Below the pieces are notes generated by a model that saw only the letters and a list, made by a program, of their open reading frames with translations, had not been told where the DNA came from and ran no database searches. This document shows positions 8,599 to 17,258 of a stretch of 29,295 bases of DNA, one piece after another. The DNA comes from a virus (Duplodnaviria > Caudoviricetes): positions 1-29,295 of IMG/VR virus record IMGVR_UViG_3300025607_000005; one strand, 5' to 3'. How positions within the stretch are numbered: the stretch's first letter is position 1; every line of letters starts with the position of its first letter. The position numbers were made by a program, and so were the translations under genes.

Positions 8599-8839
8599 GA
8601 CAACAACAGTCCTAGAGGATTTAGACAACACAATTTTCAATCATCATACAGCGCAACTTGCTAGTGATGATTTAGACGCCATGTTTTTACATTGTATTGG
8701 CGACGAAAACTTTGATGATCACAGAATTAGGCAAAGCATTACACAATCTTTTATAAGTTTGAAGCGCGTAACCCAATGTGTGCGAGATAAAAAGCATCCT
8801 AATGACGTTTTAGTTTTAGAAATAAGAATAGATGTTTAA
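8582..8839 (+). CDS. Small helical protein, paralog B (RNA-controlled)
   Basis: 85 aa; clear similarity to 20553..20819 and 6556..6861. Confidence 0.8.
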   Translation: MHRNNETTTVLEDLDNTIFNHHTAQLASDDLDAMFLHCIGDENFDDHRIRQSITQSFISLKRVTQCVRDKKHPNDVLVLEIRIDV

Positions 8840-8850
8840 ATTTGTATACT

Positions 8851-9204
8851 ATGTAAGCACCAAAATTCACATTTGAGGAAAGTCAATTATTGTTACGTTT
8901 ATTAAAAGCTAACAGTGATAAGGCTGTTTCAGAATTACCAAACCCTACTGGGTATTTGGATTTAGTAGTTAAGCTAAAAGAATTAGTAAACTTTGCTTAT
9001 GTATCTGGAGAAGCGCATCCTCCTCAAATTTTAAGCGAGGTTACTGAATTGGATCCAGAAAAATCTGCAGAATTTTTAGAAAAAATAAGAAATCGTAATG
9101 AGTCTAAAATTACACTAGCTAATGGTTCTACAATTAATCTTATTTCTGGTAGTGATACAGGAGAAGAAGGAAGGGGTTTAACTCCTTTTGAATTTAATAA
9201 TTAG
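8851..9204 (+). pseudogene. Hypothetical protein with terminase-like C-terminal segment; ATG at 8851 is followed at once by in-frame TAA (nonsense allele, or TTG start at 8890)
   Basis: ATG TAA GCA CCA AAA TTC... runs in frame into ORF 8890..9204; TAAATTTG -7 box at 8837-8844. Confidence 0.5.
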
Positions 9205-9207
9205 ATT

Positions 9208-9444
9208 ATGGACTTTGAAAGACATAAAAGAATAAAGGAGGCAATTTTAAATGACAAAAGCATAGAATCTTTGGTTATGCAAAAGCAAAAAATAATGAAT
9301 TCTCTTGATTTTAAATACGTTTTTAACAAAAGTACAAATACAATTTCAGGTAAAATTTTTGATAAAGACACAATTGAAGCGTTAAGTATTATTGATGCTG
9401 AAATTGAAAGGATTACAGAGAAAATTAAAAAATGTTTTATTTAA
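9208..9444 (+). CDS. Hypothetical protein
   Basis: 78 aa ORF with ATG 3 nt after the previous stop; ends before a terminator. Confidence 0.65.
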   Translation: MDFERHKRIKEAILNDKSIESLVMQKQKIMNSLDFKYVFNKSTNTISGKIFDKDTIEALSIIDAEIERITEKIKKCFI

Positions 9445-9469
9445 GTTTTTACCATCATCCAAAATGATT

Positions 9470-9497
9470 AAACCACTCCTAACCGAGTGGTTTTTTT
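9470..9497 (+). terminator. Intrinsic terminator
   Basis: AAACCACTC-ctaacc-GAGTGGTTTTTTT; nearly identical to 20349-20378. Confidence 0.85.
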
Positions 9498-9498
9498 G

Positions 9499-9534
9499 TG
9501 TCCTATTTTAAAAACTTTACACTTTCCATATTTG
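9499..9534 (+). promoter_or_regulatory. Putative late promoter, copy 2 (TGTCCTATTTT-N17-CATATTTG)
   Basis: Five-copy motif; heads the terminase operon. Confidence 0.75.
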
Positions 9535-9554
9535 TAGTATCAATATATGATGTT

Positions 9555-9800
9555 ATGAAGAAGTTTTTTTTAAAAGTTTGGCAATGGGTTAAGCCTTGGG
9601 TATTATTATTTTTATTCTCGATAGTATTAACCTTGTTTTATTCTATTGTTTATTTCTGTACAGATAAATTAGCAGAAGTGATACCGTTTATGACTAATCG
9701 CCCTTTAACTTGGGATGATGCTCTATTCATGTTTTTTGCTATTGCAATGACGCTGTCTTTAATACAGGAAATCAATATAAAATTGGTTGATGTTGATTAA
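9555..9800 (+). CDS. Small two-TM membrane protein
   Basis: MKKFFLKVWQW start at 9555 (the ORF-track start overlaps the promoter motif); two hydrophobic segments. Confidence 0.6.
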   Translation: MKKFFLKVWQWVKPWVLLFLFSIVLTLFYSIVYFCTDKLAEVIPFMTNRPLTWDDALFMFFAIAMTLSLIQEINIKLVDVD

Positions 9801-10524
9801 CGATTGGCTCAAAAATAAAGGAACGTACGAAGATGGGGTTGCGTTGTATGCGGAACACCCAAAGCATAACCGTAATTTATTAAAGCTTTTTAATAAACGT
9901 AAAAGTGCTGCTAATACACAAAAATTAAAGTACGAGTTAAAAAAAATAGTAGTGGTAAATACTGCTGCTGTAATAAATAAAACACCAGTTGTAGTTGCTC
10001 CGGTAGTTAACCCTAAGGCTACTGTAGCAGCAACAATTGCTGTTTATGAGAAAAAGCAGGCGTTGTTTTTTCATGAGTTACCAGAGGAGTTGCAGCCCGT
10101 ATTGTTAGAGGCTAACACTTTATTTAAAACCAATTGCTTATTAAAAGTGCAATTAAATGCGGTGCCAGATGATCAAGAGGAGGAAGCATTGGCTATTCAA
10201 AAACGAATAGTAAGTAATACTGCTAAAAATACCTTGTGTTGGAAAAAGATTGATTTCTGGAAGCAACACCGCATACTACCAAAACCCGATACTCATAAAG
10301 TAGAAAGTTTAACGCCTGCGCAATTGGTGAGGCGCGAGCAATTATTATTTGCTTCTATTTCCAAACTTAAAAAACGTTTGGAGGTTAATACTAAAAAACT
10401 TACTCAAGCTACCACTACTAAGGAGCGTACGAAATTGGAGCGTGCTATTACCAAACAAACCAACAATATTTTATTTAAAGAAGAAGAGAAGTTAAAAATT
10501 CAACAGTTAATCAATGGGGGATAA
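9787..10524 (+). CDS. Basic helical phage protein upstream of terminase
   Basis: 245 aa ORF overlapping both neighbours. Confidence 0.7.
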   Translation: MMLINDWLKNKGTYEDGVALYAEHPKHNRNLLKLFNKRKSAANTQKLKYELKKIVVVNTAAVINKTPVVVAPVVNPKATVAATIAVYEKKQALFFHELPEELQPVLLEANTLFKTNCLLKVQLNAVPDDQEEEALAIQKRIVSNTAKNTLCWKKIDFWKQHRILPKPDTHKVESLTPAQLVRREQLLFASISKLKKRLEVNTKKLTQATTTKERTKLERAITKQTNNILFKEEEKLKIQQLINGG

Positions 10525-11107
10525 AAAACGTAAAATGTTAGTCAAGCGTAATGACAATACGTTTGATAAAATAAAGGCACATTATATAAATCCTGAAGAG
10601 TATCCGCTTACAGAAACTAATCAGGCTATACTTAATAGATGGAATGAGGTTTTGGTATTAAGATTAGAGCGTTTTACTAAAACTGAAATTGCTACAAAAT
10701 GGAAAGAAGAAAAAGATTTGTCTCCTGCGCAGGCTTATATAGATATTAAAAATTCTGAGTTGTTTTTTGGAGATGTGTTAAAAGCAAATAAAGAAGGAGC
10801 AAAGGCAATTTGGCTGGAATATGCTATTGATTTTCTAAAACGATGTGTCAAGAAAAAGGATAGAGCAAATGAAGCAAAAGCCTTAAAAATGATTGCTGAA
10901 TATGGTGACTTTAAGGAAGAGGATAACCCAGACTTTAACCCTGAGAAACTTGAAAACGTAAAAATTGAGTTTGCAATACCAAAGCAGTATTTAAAATATT
11001 TAAAAACTGCTCAATCCTCAGGTGTAGATGATTTTAATTTAACAGAACCATTGGATGTTGATTATGAAGAAATCGAAATCGAGATAAAAGATGCTAAAAA
11101 AGAGTAA
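10514..11107 (+). CDS. Terminase small subunit (probable)
   Basis: 197 aa, helical, HTH-like segment (KTEIATKW...LSPAQAYIDI), overlaps the terL start. Confidence 0.6.
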   Translation: MGDKKRKMLVKRNDNTFDKIKAHYINPEEYPLTETNQAILNRWNEVLVLRLERFTKTEIATKWKEEKDLSPAQAYIDIKNSELFFGDVLKANKEGAKAIWLEYAIDFLKRCVKKKDRANEAKALKMIAEYGDFKEEDNPDFNPEKLENVKIEFAIPKQYLKYLKTAQSSGVDDFNLTEPLDVDYEEIEIEIKDAKKE

Positions 11108-12611
11108 AAAAGTTTTTTTAAACATACCACAAGCTAGAGCGTTTTCAAACATACGACAAATGAATTTTTGGGAATGGGGACGTGCTACTGGTAAATCTAC
11201 TGGATTGGGTTTTGGTGCAAGAAAATTTGTTACTCAATTACCTAGAGCTTCCATGTTTTTGGTTGGTAGTACGTATTCTCAAATATTATCAAGGACATTG
11301 CCTTCTACTATTGAAGGAATGGAAATGTTTGGCCTGTATCAAGATGTTGATTATGTTGTTGGTAGGTCGGGCAAAAAAATGGGTTTTAAAATGCCGTTTC
11401 AACCACCTAACCAATGGAATAATATTATTCATTTTAGCAATGGGGCTATATTTCAGTTAGTGTCCTTGGATAACCCTAATTCGGGGCGTGGTTTAAATAG
11501 TTATGGAGGTATTGGTGATGAAGCTGCATTATTGGATCCTGAGAAACTATTTAATAATGTGCAAACAACTAACAGGGCTAAAAAGGAAGTATTTTCAAAA
11601 TGCCCAATGTTAGGGGTTGAAATATATGCCTCATCAACTCCAATCTCTAAAAAAGGAAAATGGTTTATTGAGAATGAAGAAAAAGCAAAACGGGACCCAG
11701 AAAACATTTATTTTTCAAAAGCAAATGCTTTTTGGAACCCTTTCTTACAGGATAATTACTTTCAGAAAATGAAGGATCAGTCTCCTTCTGAAATGTTATA
11801 CAATGCCGAAATATTAAACATAAGGCCTACTGAAATCACTGATGGTTTTTATGCTAACCTTAATCCTGACAGACATTATTATAAAGACTATAACCAAAGT
11901 TATTTGGAGGGGTTGGATGCAGGGATGTTTGGTAGTGCTACTGATGATAAGTTGTTATCTGAACACTTCAATTGTCACCAAGACAATGACATCAGAAGGA
12001 ATGAGCCATTGATAGTGTCCCTAGATTTTGGGGTATTTAACTGTTGTGTAGTGTCTCAGGTGCAGGGTAATGAGTACCGTGTACTCAACTCCTTCTGGGT
12101 AAAGTCTCCAAAGTTATTGGATGACCTATTCATTGAGAAGTTTATACCCTACTACCGTCCGCACCAGGAGAAGAAGATATATCTATATGGTGGGCATGAT
12201 GGTAACAACCGAACAGCTAACAGTTCAAGTACTTACTTTCAGCAAGTAACTGACCTGTTAACCAAGCATGGATGGACTGTGTATCTAATGGTTAAAGGTG
12301 TGCCCTCTGATCATGCTGATAGGTACCTATTGAACAATGCAATGCTCAAGGAGTCTAGCAGTAGGCTTCCTGTGTTGCGTATCAATGAGCATAACAACCC
12401 TGATCTTATTATTGCATTGGAAAGAACTGAGGCAAAAGAAACACCTACTGGTGTAGGTAAGAACAAGAAGGATGAGCGTAACAGTAACTTTCCTCAGCAA
12501 CACGCGCCTCACCTCACTGATGCCTTTGATGCTCCTATTGACACTATGTATATGGATACCTTTAAAGGAAACAATCTGTTTGCGTCCGAAAGCTCAATCC
12601 GAAGCTTGTAA
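11091..12611 (+). CDS. terL: Terminase large subunit
   Basis: Walker A GRATGKS; GRG then Walker B GGIGDEA; motif III ASST; nuclease motifs SLDFG and HLTDAFD. Confidence 0.92.
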   Translation: MLKKSKKVFLNIPQARAFSNIRQMNFWEWGRATGKSTGLGFGARKFVTQLPRASMFLVGSTYSQILSRTLPSTIEGMEMFGLYQDVDYVVGRSGKKMGFKMPFQPPNQWNNIIHFSNGAIFQLVSLDNPNSGRGLNSYGGIGDEAALLDPEKLFNNVQTTNRAKKEVFSKCPMLGVEIYASSTPISKKGKWFIENEEKAKRDPENIYFSKANAFWNPFLQDNYFQKMKDQSPSEMLYNAEILNIRPTEITDGFYANLNPDRHYYKDYNQSYLEGLDAGMFGSATDDKLLSEHFNCHQDNDIRRNEPLIVSLDFGVFNCCVVSQVQGNEYRVLNSFWVKSPKLLDDLFIEKFIPYYRPHQEKKIYLYGGHDGNNRTANSSSTYFQQVTDLLTKHGWTVYLMVKGVPSDHADRYLLNNAMLKESSSRLPVLRINEHNNPDLIIALERTEAKETPTGVGKNKKDERNSNFPQQHAPHLTDAFDAPIDTMYMDTFKGNNLFASESSIRSL

Positions 12612-12805
12612 ATCCTCATTTTCATATATCCTTAGTTTTTGCAAAATGGAAAGTGCAAAAATTCATAGGGCATGGCGTGGCATCGGCTCGCATTTTAGAA
12701 AAAAAGAAATAAAATTACAATGTAAATAATTGAGTTATAAATAATTAGGTTTTTTAAAACTAGAATAGAATACCGTATTGATATGGTTTTATGAGTATTT
12801 ATTGC

Positions 12806-12841
12806 TGTCCTATTTTATTATAGGGTGTTTTTTGAAATTAG
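12806..12841 (+). promoter_or_regulatory. Putative late promoter, copy 3 (TGTCCTATTTT-N17-GAAATTAG)
   Basis: Five-copy motif; heads the portal operon. Confidence 0.7.
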
Positions 12842-12845
12842 CACT

Positions 12846-13154
12846 ATGAATAACGAAGAAGTAATACTATTAAAAGACGCTTTAAAAATATTTTCAGAAA
12901 AGGAATCTTCTGGAATGTATAAGCCATTTTTATTGGTATATCGTACTTATAATAAAACCACTAAAAAAGGTGGTAAGCTTAAAACAGAAATTAGCGCGAA
13001 GTATTTACCTAATGCAAAAGAAGAAACTGTTACCGTAAAGAATCCCAACCATTATAAAAACAGAACTCGAAACATAGAATTGCCTTCTGGTGAAATTCGA
13101 ACTATAAATATTGATTTCATTATTTCCATTAATAACAAAAAAGTAATTTACTAA
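12846..13154 (+). CDS. Small basic phage protein preceding the portal
   Basis: ATG at 12846; stop overlaps portal ATG (TAATG). Confidence 0.7.
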   Translation: MNNEEVILLKDALKIFSEKESSGMYKPFLLVYRTYNKTTKKGGKLKTEISAKYLPNAKEETVTVKNPNHYKNRTRNIELPSGEIRTINIDFIISINNKKVIY

Positions 13155-14497
13155 TGACTGATTTTCTAGGTCCACATATCGCAGTATCTAAAAATAATTT
13201 TTTCTCGTTTAAAAATTCCGTTGATAGATTAGACGACTCTGTTACTACAATTAAAGTTGAAGTAAAAGACAAAGTTGGAGCAATTGCTTCATGGGGTAAA
13301 AAAAATGATTACCCACAACAGGTAATTGCATCTGCAGAAAAAAACGCCTCTGCTACTTCTGGACTTCAATTTTTACGTAAAGTACATTATGGTAATGGTT
13401 TGGTGTTAATTAAAAATAAAGCTACTGAGGATGGTAAAAAAGCTCCAAAGATAGTTCCTTTTTCAAGTCACCCTGAAATAGCTGAGTTTTTCAAAAAGTC
13501 AAAAATGAAAAAAATGTGGAAGGAGATCATTCTTGATTTGGAATGGTTTTCAATTGCATTTCCTGAGTATATTCTTTCAAATAATTACAAAACCATTAAC
13601 CGTGTAAAACGCCACAAAGCTGCATGGTGTAGGTTTGAAGTAATGAATAAGGAAAACGGATTAGTGGAACACGTTTACATTTCTGAAAAGTTCGGTAAAG
13701 GATCTGTTGATTTAGAAGGAGAGTTTGTTTCTAAGGTACCATTAATAGATTCGTATTGGACTGCGGATGAAGTTAGGGAGTATTGCAAACTAAACGGAAT
13801 AACAAAATTTGTGCGTCCGTGTTTTTACCCACTATTAAATGAAGCATTTTATCCAAAATCAGCATTGGATCCAGTAATTAAATCTGGTTGGATGGATGTT
13901 GCCAACTCGGTACCAGAATTAAAACAATCCATTTTTGAAAAACAAATGGTTATCGATTTCCTTATTGAAGTTGATGAGCGTTATTTTGAAGCTATTTACA
14001 AAACCAATTGGCAGGACTTCTCTCCTGAGAAACGTAAAGAAATACGTAACGGGGTTATTGATACCATTAACGATAGTTTAACGGGTAGCGATAAAGCAGG
14101 GAAGTCAATCCAATCAATGACAATTATGGGCGGTGATGGTAAGCCGTACCCTGCAATTAAAATCACACCAATTGATAACAAATTAAAAGATGGTAGTTAC
14201 CTACCAGAAGCGGAAGCAGCAAACTCTGAAGTTTTGTTTGCGCTTGGTGTTGATCCTACATTAATTGGTGCAGGAATACCGGGTGGTAAATTAGGTTCTG
14301 GAGGTGGTTCGGATAAACGAGAAGCCTTTACAATTCTATCAGCATTAAAGAAAACAGACCGCGAAACTACATTAGAGATTTTTGAATTTATTCAAGAGTA
14401 CAATGGGTGGGATGAAGAATTAGAGCCTGCTTTTGAAAACACCATATTAACCACACTAGACGCTAACCCAACAGGAACTAAAAACGTTGCATCATGA
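13154..14497 (+). CDS. Portal protein (probable)
   Basis: 447 aa, downstream of terL; WG..NDYP near the N-terminus and ALGVDPTLIG near the C-terminus, portal-like. Confidence 0.7.
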   Translation: MTDFLGPHIAVSKNNFFSFKNSVDRLDDSVTTIKVEVKDKVGAIASWGKKNDYPQQVIASAEKNASATSGLQFLRKVHYGNGLVLIKNKATEDGKKAPKIVPFSSHPEIAEFFKKSKMKKMWKEIILDLEWFSIAFPEYILSNNYKTINRVKRHKAAWCRFEVMNKENGLVEHVYISEKFGKGSVDLEGEFVSKVPLIDSYWTADEVREYCKLNGITKFVRPCFYPLLNEAFYPKSALDPVIKSGWMDVANSVPELKQSIFEKQMVIDFLIEVDERYFEAIYKTNWQDFSPEKRKEIRNGVIDTINDSLTGSDKAGKSIQSMTIMGGDGKPYPAIKITPIDNKLKDGSYLPEAEAANSEVLFALGVDPTLIGAGIPGGKLGSGGGSDKREAFTILSALKKTDRETTLEIFEFIQEYNGWDEELEPAFENTILTTLDANPTGTKNVAS

Positions 14498-15453
14498 TTA
14501 TAGCTACAACAGAAGATTTAAAAAAGCACGTTCCTGTAACTGCAAACTTTGAGTTTACTGATTTCCAACCCTACATAAACAAAGCTGTAAATTCTTACAC
14601 CCGTAAATATGTAGGTGCGTTACATGCAATTTTAGCAGATGTTGCTACTGGTAATGATGCAGTTGTTAAAAATGAAGCGCGCGATTTATTACAGTCTGCA
14701 ATTGCTAACTTTGGTTGGTTTAAATATTTGCCATTTGCAACGGTATTAATGGATGGCTCAGGGATTTCGGTTGCTCAAAATGATCACCGTAAATCTGCGG
14801 AGTGGTGGCAAATTAAAGATATTAGAAGAGAGTTTTTAAAAGCAGGTCATGATGCACTGGACTTGCTTTTGGAAGTGCTAGAGGCTAACCCTTCTATCTT
14901 CACTGATTATGCTACCAATTACAACACCATTAACAATGAATTAATTGTAAATAGAGCAACAATTTTTAGTAAATACTATAACATTTTCAACTCTCGACAA
15001 ACCTTTTTGGCTTTAATGCCTACTATTCGATTAATTGAGGACCAATATGTACACACGTTTTTATGTCCTGAACTAATTACAGTCTTAAAAACAGATGTTT
15101 CTGATAATATTCTATTAGTTAAAACAGCAATGCAGAAAGCTATTGTAGCATTTACAGTTGCACAAGTAGCTGCTACTGGATTGTTTTTGTTAGATGAAAA
15201 AGGATTGCGTATCGATTTCGAAAACTTTTCTGATGGACGTAAGCAATCGCCTGAGTATGGTAAAACTTCTCAGCAAGTGCAACAATTAATGAATACCCAA
15301 ATTGATAACGGTACACAATACTTAAAACAAGCTAAAAAGATTATTGAAAATAATATTGCAGACTTTAATCAGTGTGCTGCTCCATTAGTTCATGCTTCGG
15401 AAACGGGTTCTGGTTTTACAGCACATGATACTACGGGAGTATTGGGTTTATAA
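14494..15453 (+). CDS. Head-tail adaptor-like protein (DUF6712-like)
   Basis: 319 aa helical protein coupled to the portal gene; family recalled from pattern, not searched. Confidence 0.5.
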   Translation: MIIATTEDLKKHVPVTANFEFTDFQPYINKAVNSYTRKYVGALHAILADVATGNDAVVKNEARDLLQSAIANFGWFKYLPFATVLMDGSGISVAQNDHRKSAEWWQIKDIRREFLKAGHDALDLLLEVLEANPSIFTDYATNYNTINNELIVNRATIFSKYYNIFNSRQTFLALMPTIRLIEDQYVHTFLCPELITVLKTDVSDNILLVKTAMQKAIVAFTVAQVAATGLFLLDEKGLRIDFENFSDGRKQSPEYGKTSQQVQQLMNTQIDNGTQYLKQAKKIIENNIADFNQCAAPLVHASETGSGFTAHDTTGVLGL

Positions 15454-15455
15454 AC

Positions 15456-15491
15456 TGTCCTATTTTTTCAAACAGAATAACTACATATTTA
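15456..15491 (+). promoter_or_regulatory. Putative late promoter, copy 4 (TGTCCTATTTT-N17-CATATTTA)
   Basis: Five-copy motif; heads the fibre/lysis operon. Confidence 0.7.
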
Positions 15492-15495
15492 CATT

Positions 15496-16233
15496 ATGAT
15501 AAACGGTTCAAATAATCCATTTTCCTGCTCCCCTGCAATTGTGACTTCAGGTTCTAATTTGTATGTGGGAACGTATGTCGATTTAACTGCTTTAACGACA
15601 GCTCACCCTTCGCCTGTTAATGGAAGTCGCGCTATTATAGTAACTGCTTCAGGAAGTGATCAAATCGCACATTGGGATGAAGGGGATTCTGTTTGGTTTG
15701 TCCAGGGGGTTGGAGGTGTTTCTGCAAAAAAACAGTTTGCTTATGCTATAACTGGGTTTCATAGGTTATATTTTCCAGCTAATACAAACTTAATGAAGTA
15801 TAATGCAAACTATGGTATGTATACACCATCGAGTGCGGTAGATTCAGGAACTACTGATGCAACCTCATTAATAACAACAAACACCAATCAGCATTTTTTT
15901 ATTGCTCCTGTTGACTTAAAACTGATTCAAAACACAAGTAAAGCCACTTCTACAAGTTTTGGAGGATTCGATTTAAAACAGATTGTAAGCTACTACGAGC
16001 AAACAAACGTAGCTTCACCTTCTCCATATTATTCTAGTATAAATCCAACGGTTGTTCATGATAAAGATTATTCACCACATCAGTCAAATGCATTACACAT
16101 TAACATGATAGAAGACGTTATAAGTGCGGTTGTCATACCAAAAGGAGCTTTGGTATGTGTTCATTATGCACACCTGAGAACTACAGCGGCTTATATTTAT
16201 ATAAATACGGGTTTAATTTTTGAAGAAGCGTAA
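15496..16233 (+). CDS. Fibre/receptor-binding-like virion protein
   Basis: N-terminal YVGTYVDLTALTTAHP...WDEGDSVW resembles fibre anchor domains; Ser/Thr-rich beta C-terminal part. Confidence 0.45.
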   Translation: MINGSNNPFSCSPAIVTSGSNLYVGTYVDLTALTTAHPSPVNGSRAIIVTASGSDQIAHWDEGDSVWFVQGVGGVSAKKQFAYAITGFHRLYFPANTNLMKYNANYGMYTPSSAVDSGTTDATSLITTNTNQHFFIAPVDLKLIQNTSKATSTSFGGFDLKQIVSYYEQTNVASPSPYYSSINPTVVHDKDYSPHQSNALHINMIEDVISAVVIPKGALVCVHYAHLRTTAAYIYINTGLIFEEA

Positions 16234-16235
16234 CA

Positions 16236-16727
16236 ATGGATATAGTTAGCAAGATAAATAGTGATAAATCACATGGAGGAAGATTTTCAATTGACAATGT
16301 TCAAGAGGGTTGGGATACTACTTCAGTATTGTATTTAGGTGGTTTAATTAAGGAGTTTTGGAACGGTACCGAATGGATAGAATCGGCAACAGACATAGAA
16401 ACAACCGCGTATCAAGACAAGATAACAACGGAAAATATCATATTAAAATACACAACAGTACACGAACCAAACGGATATGACTATTACCAACGCTTTAAAG
16501 CGTATTTGATTACAGACTTATATAAAACTGTAATCACACAGGCTGAAGCTATACAGATAGAAAATTTATTAAGCACGCCAATGCTTAAAATAAAACAAAA
16601 TGGCGATTGGAAAACGGCACTATATGAATTAAGTGTAATGACAGAAACACCCGCTTTTATACAAGTATACCGTAATAAAGCAATACAGGAAATAACAGAA
16701 TACATAACTAAAAATTACGAAGATTAA
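16236..16727 (+). CDS. Hypothetical protein, possible fibre assembly partner
   Basis: 163 aa; FWNGTEWIE motif; follows the fibre-like gene. Confidence 0.5.
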   Translation: MDIVSKINSDKSHGGRFSIDNVQEGWDTTSVLYLGGLIKEFWNGTEWIESATDIETTAYQDKITTENIILKYTTVHEPNGYDYYQRFKAYLITDLYKTVITQAEAIQIENLLSTPMLKIKQNGDWKTALYELSVMTETPAFIQVYRNKAIQEITEYITKNYED

Positions 16728-16731
16728 TATT

Positions 16732-17236
16732 ATGAGTATCACTAAAAACTTTGCAAAACTAGAAGTAATACTAGCTACCTTTTTACTGTTTGTGCCATTA
16801 ATATTAATAGGCTACACTAATGAAGTGCGTGGTAGTATTTCCAACTACGCTTATTCAAAAGCACCGCATGTATTTTCAATGTTACTCTCTATTGCTAGTG
16901 CTATGTTTATTTACAACGGGGCAGTTAAAAGTAAACAGTGGTTTAATATAATTTTAGGCTGTGCTTTAATTGGAGTGATCCTAACACCACATTTAGACTA
17001 TCCAATATGGCATTATTCATTCGCTACGCTGTTTTTTTTTAGGGAGTGTATTTGTAATGATATTTTTTAGTTCAACAAAACAACGAGTGTATAAAATTGC
17101 TGCAGGAATGATTATAGTGTTGGGGTTACTCGGTCATTTCTGTACGCACTCGTATAGCTTACTATATGCGGAGTGGATTGGCTTGTTTCCAATATCCATT
17201 CACTTCATTGGGGAATCACTAAACAAAATCGATTAA
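16732..17236 (+). pseudogene. Multi-TM membrane protein (DUF998-like) frameshifted at a T9 tract
   Basis: Removing one T from 17032-17040 gives a 167 aa ORF ending ...LLYAEWIGLFPISIHFIGESLNKID; SISNY and H..FA.LFF motifs. Confidence 0.75.
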
Positions 17237-17258
17237 TAACTATAACTACCAATATAAA

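Noticed and set aside
8438-8839. Diversity-generating retroelement template/variable repeat pair with 20409-20819
   Set aside because: Differences are not adenine-specific and no reverse transcriptase is in the window.
12472-12729. 85-aa ORF overlapping the terL end, and 11182..11460 inside terL
   Set aside because: Alternative-frame overlaps with no motif support.
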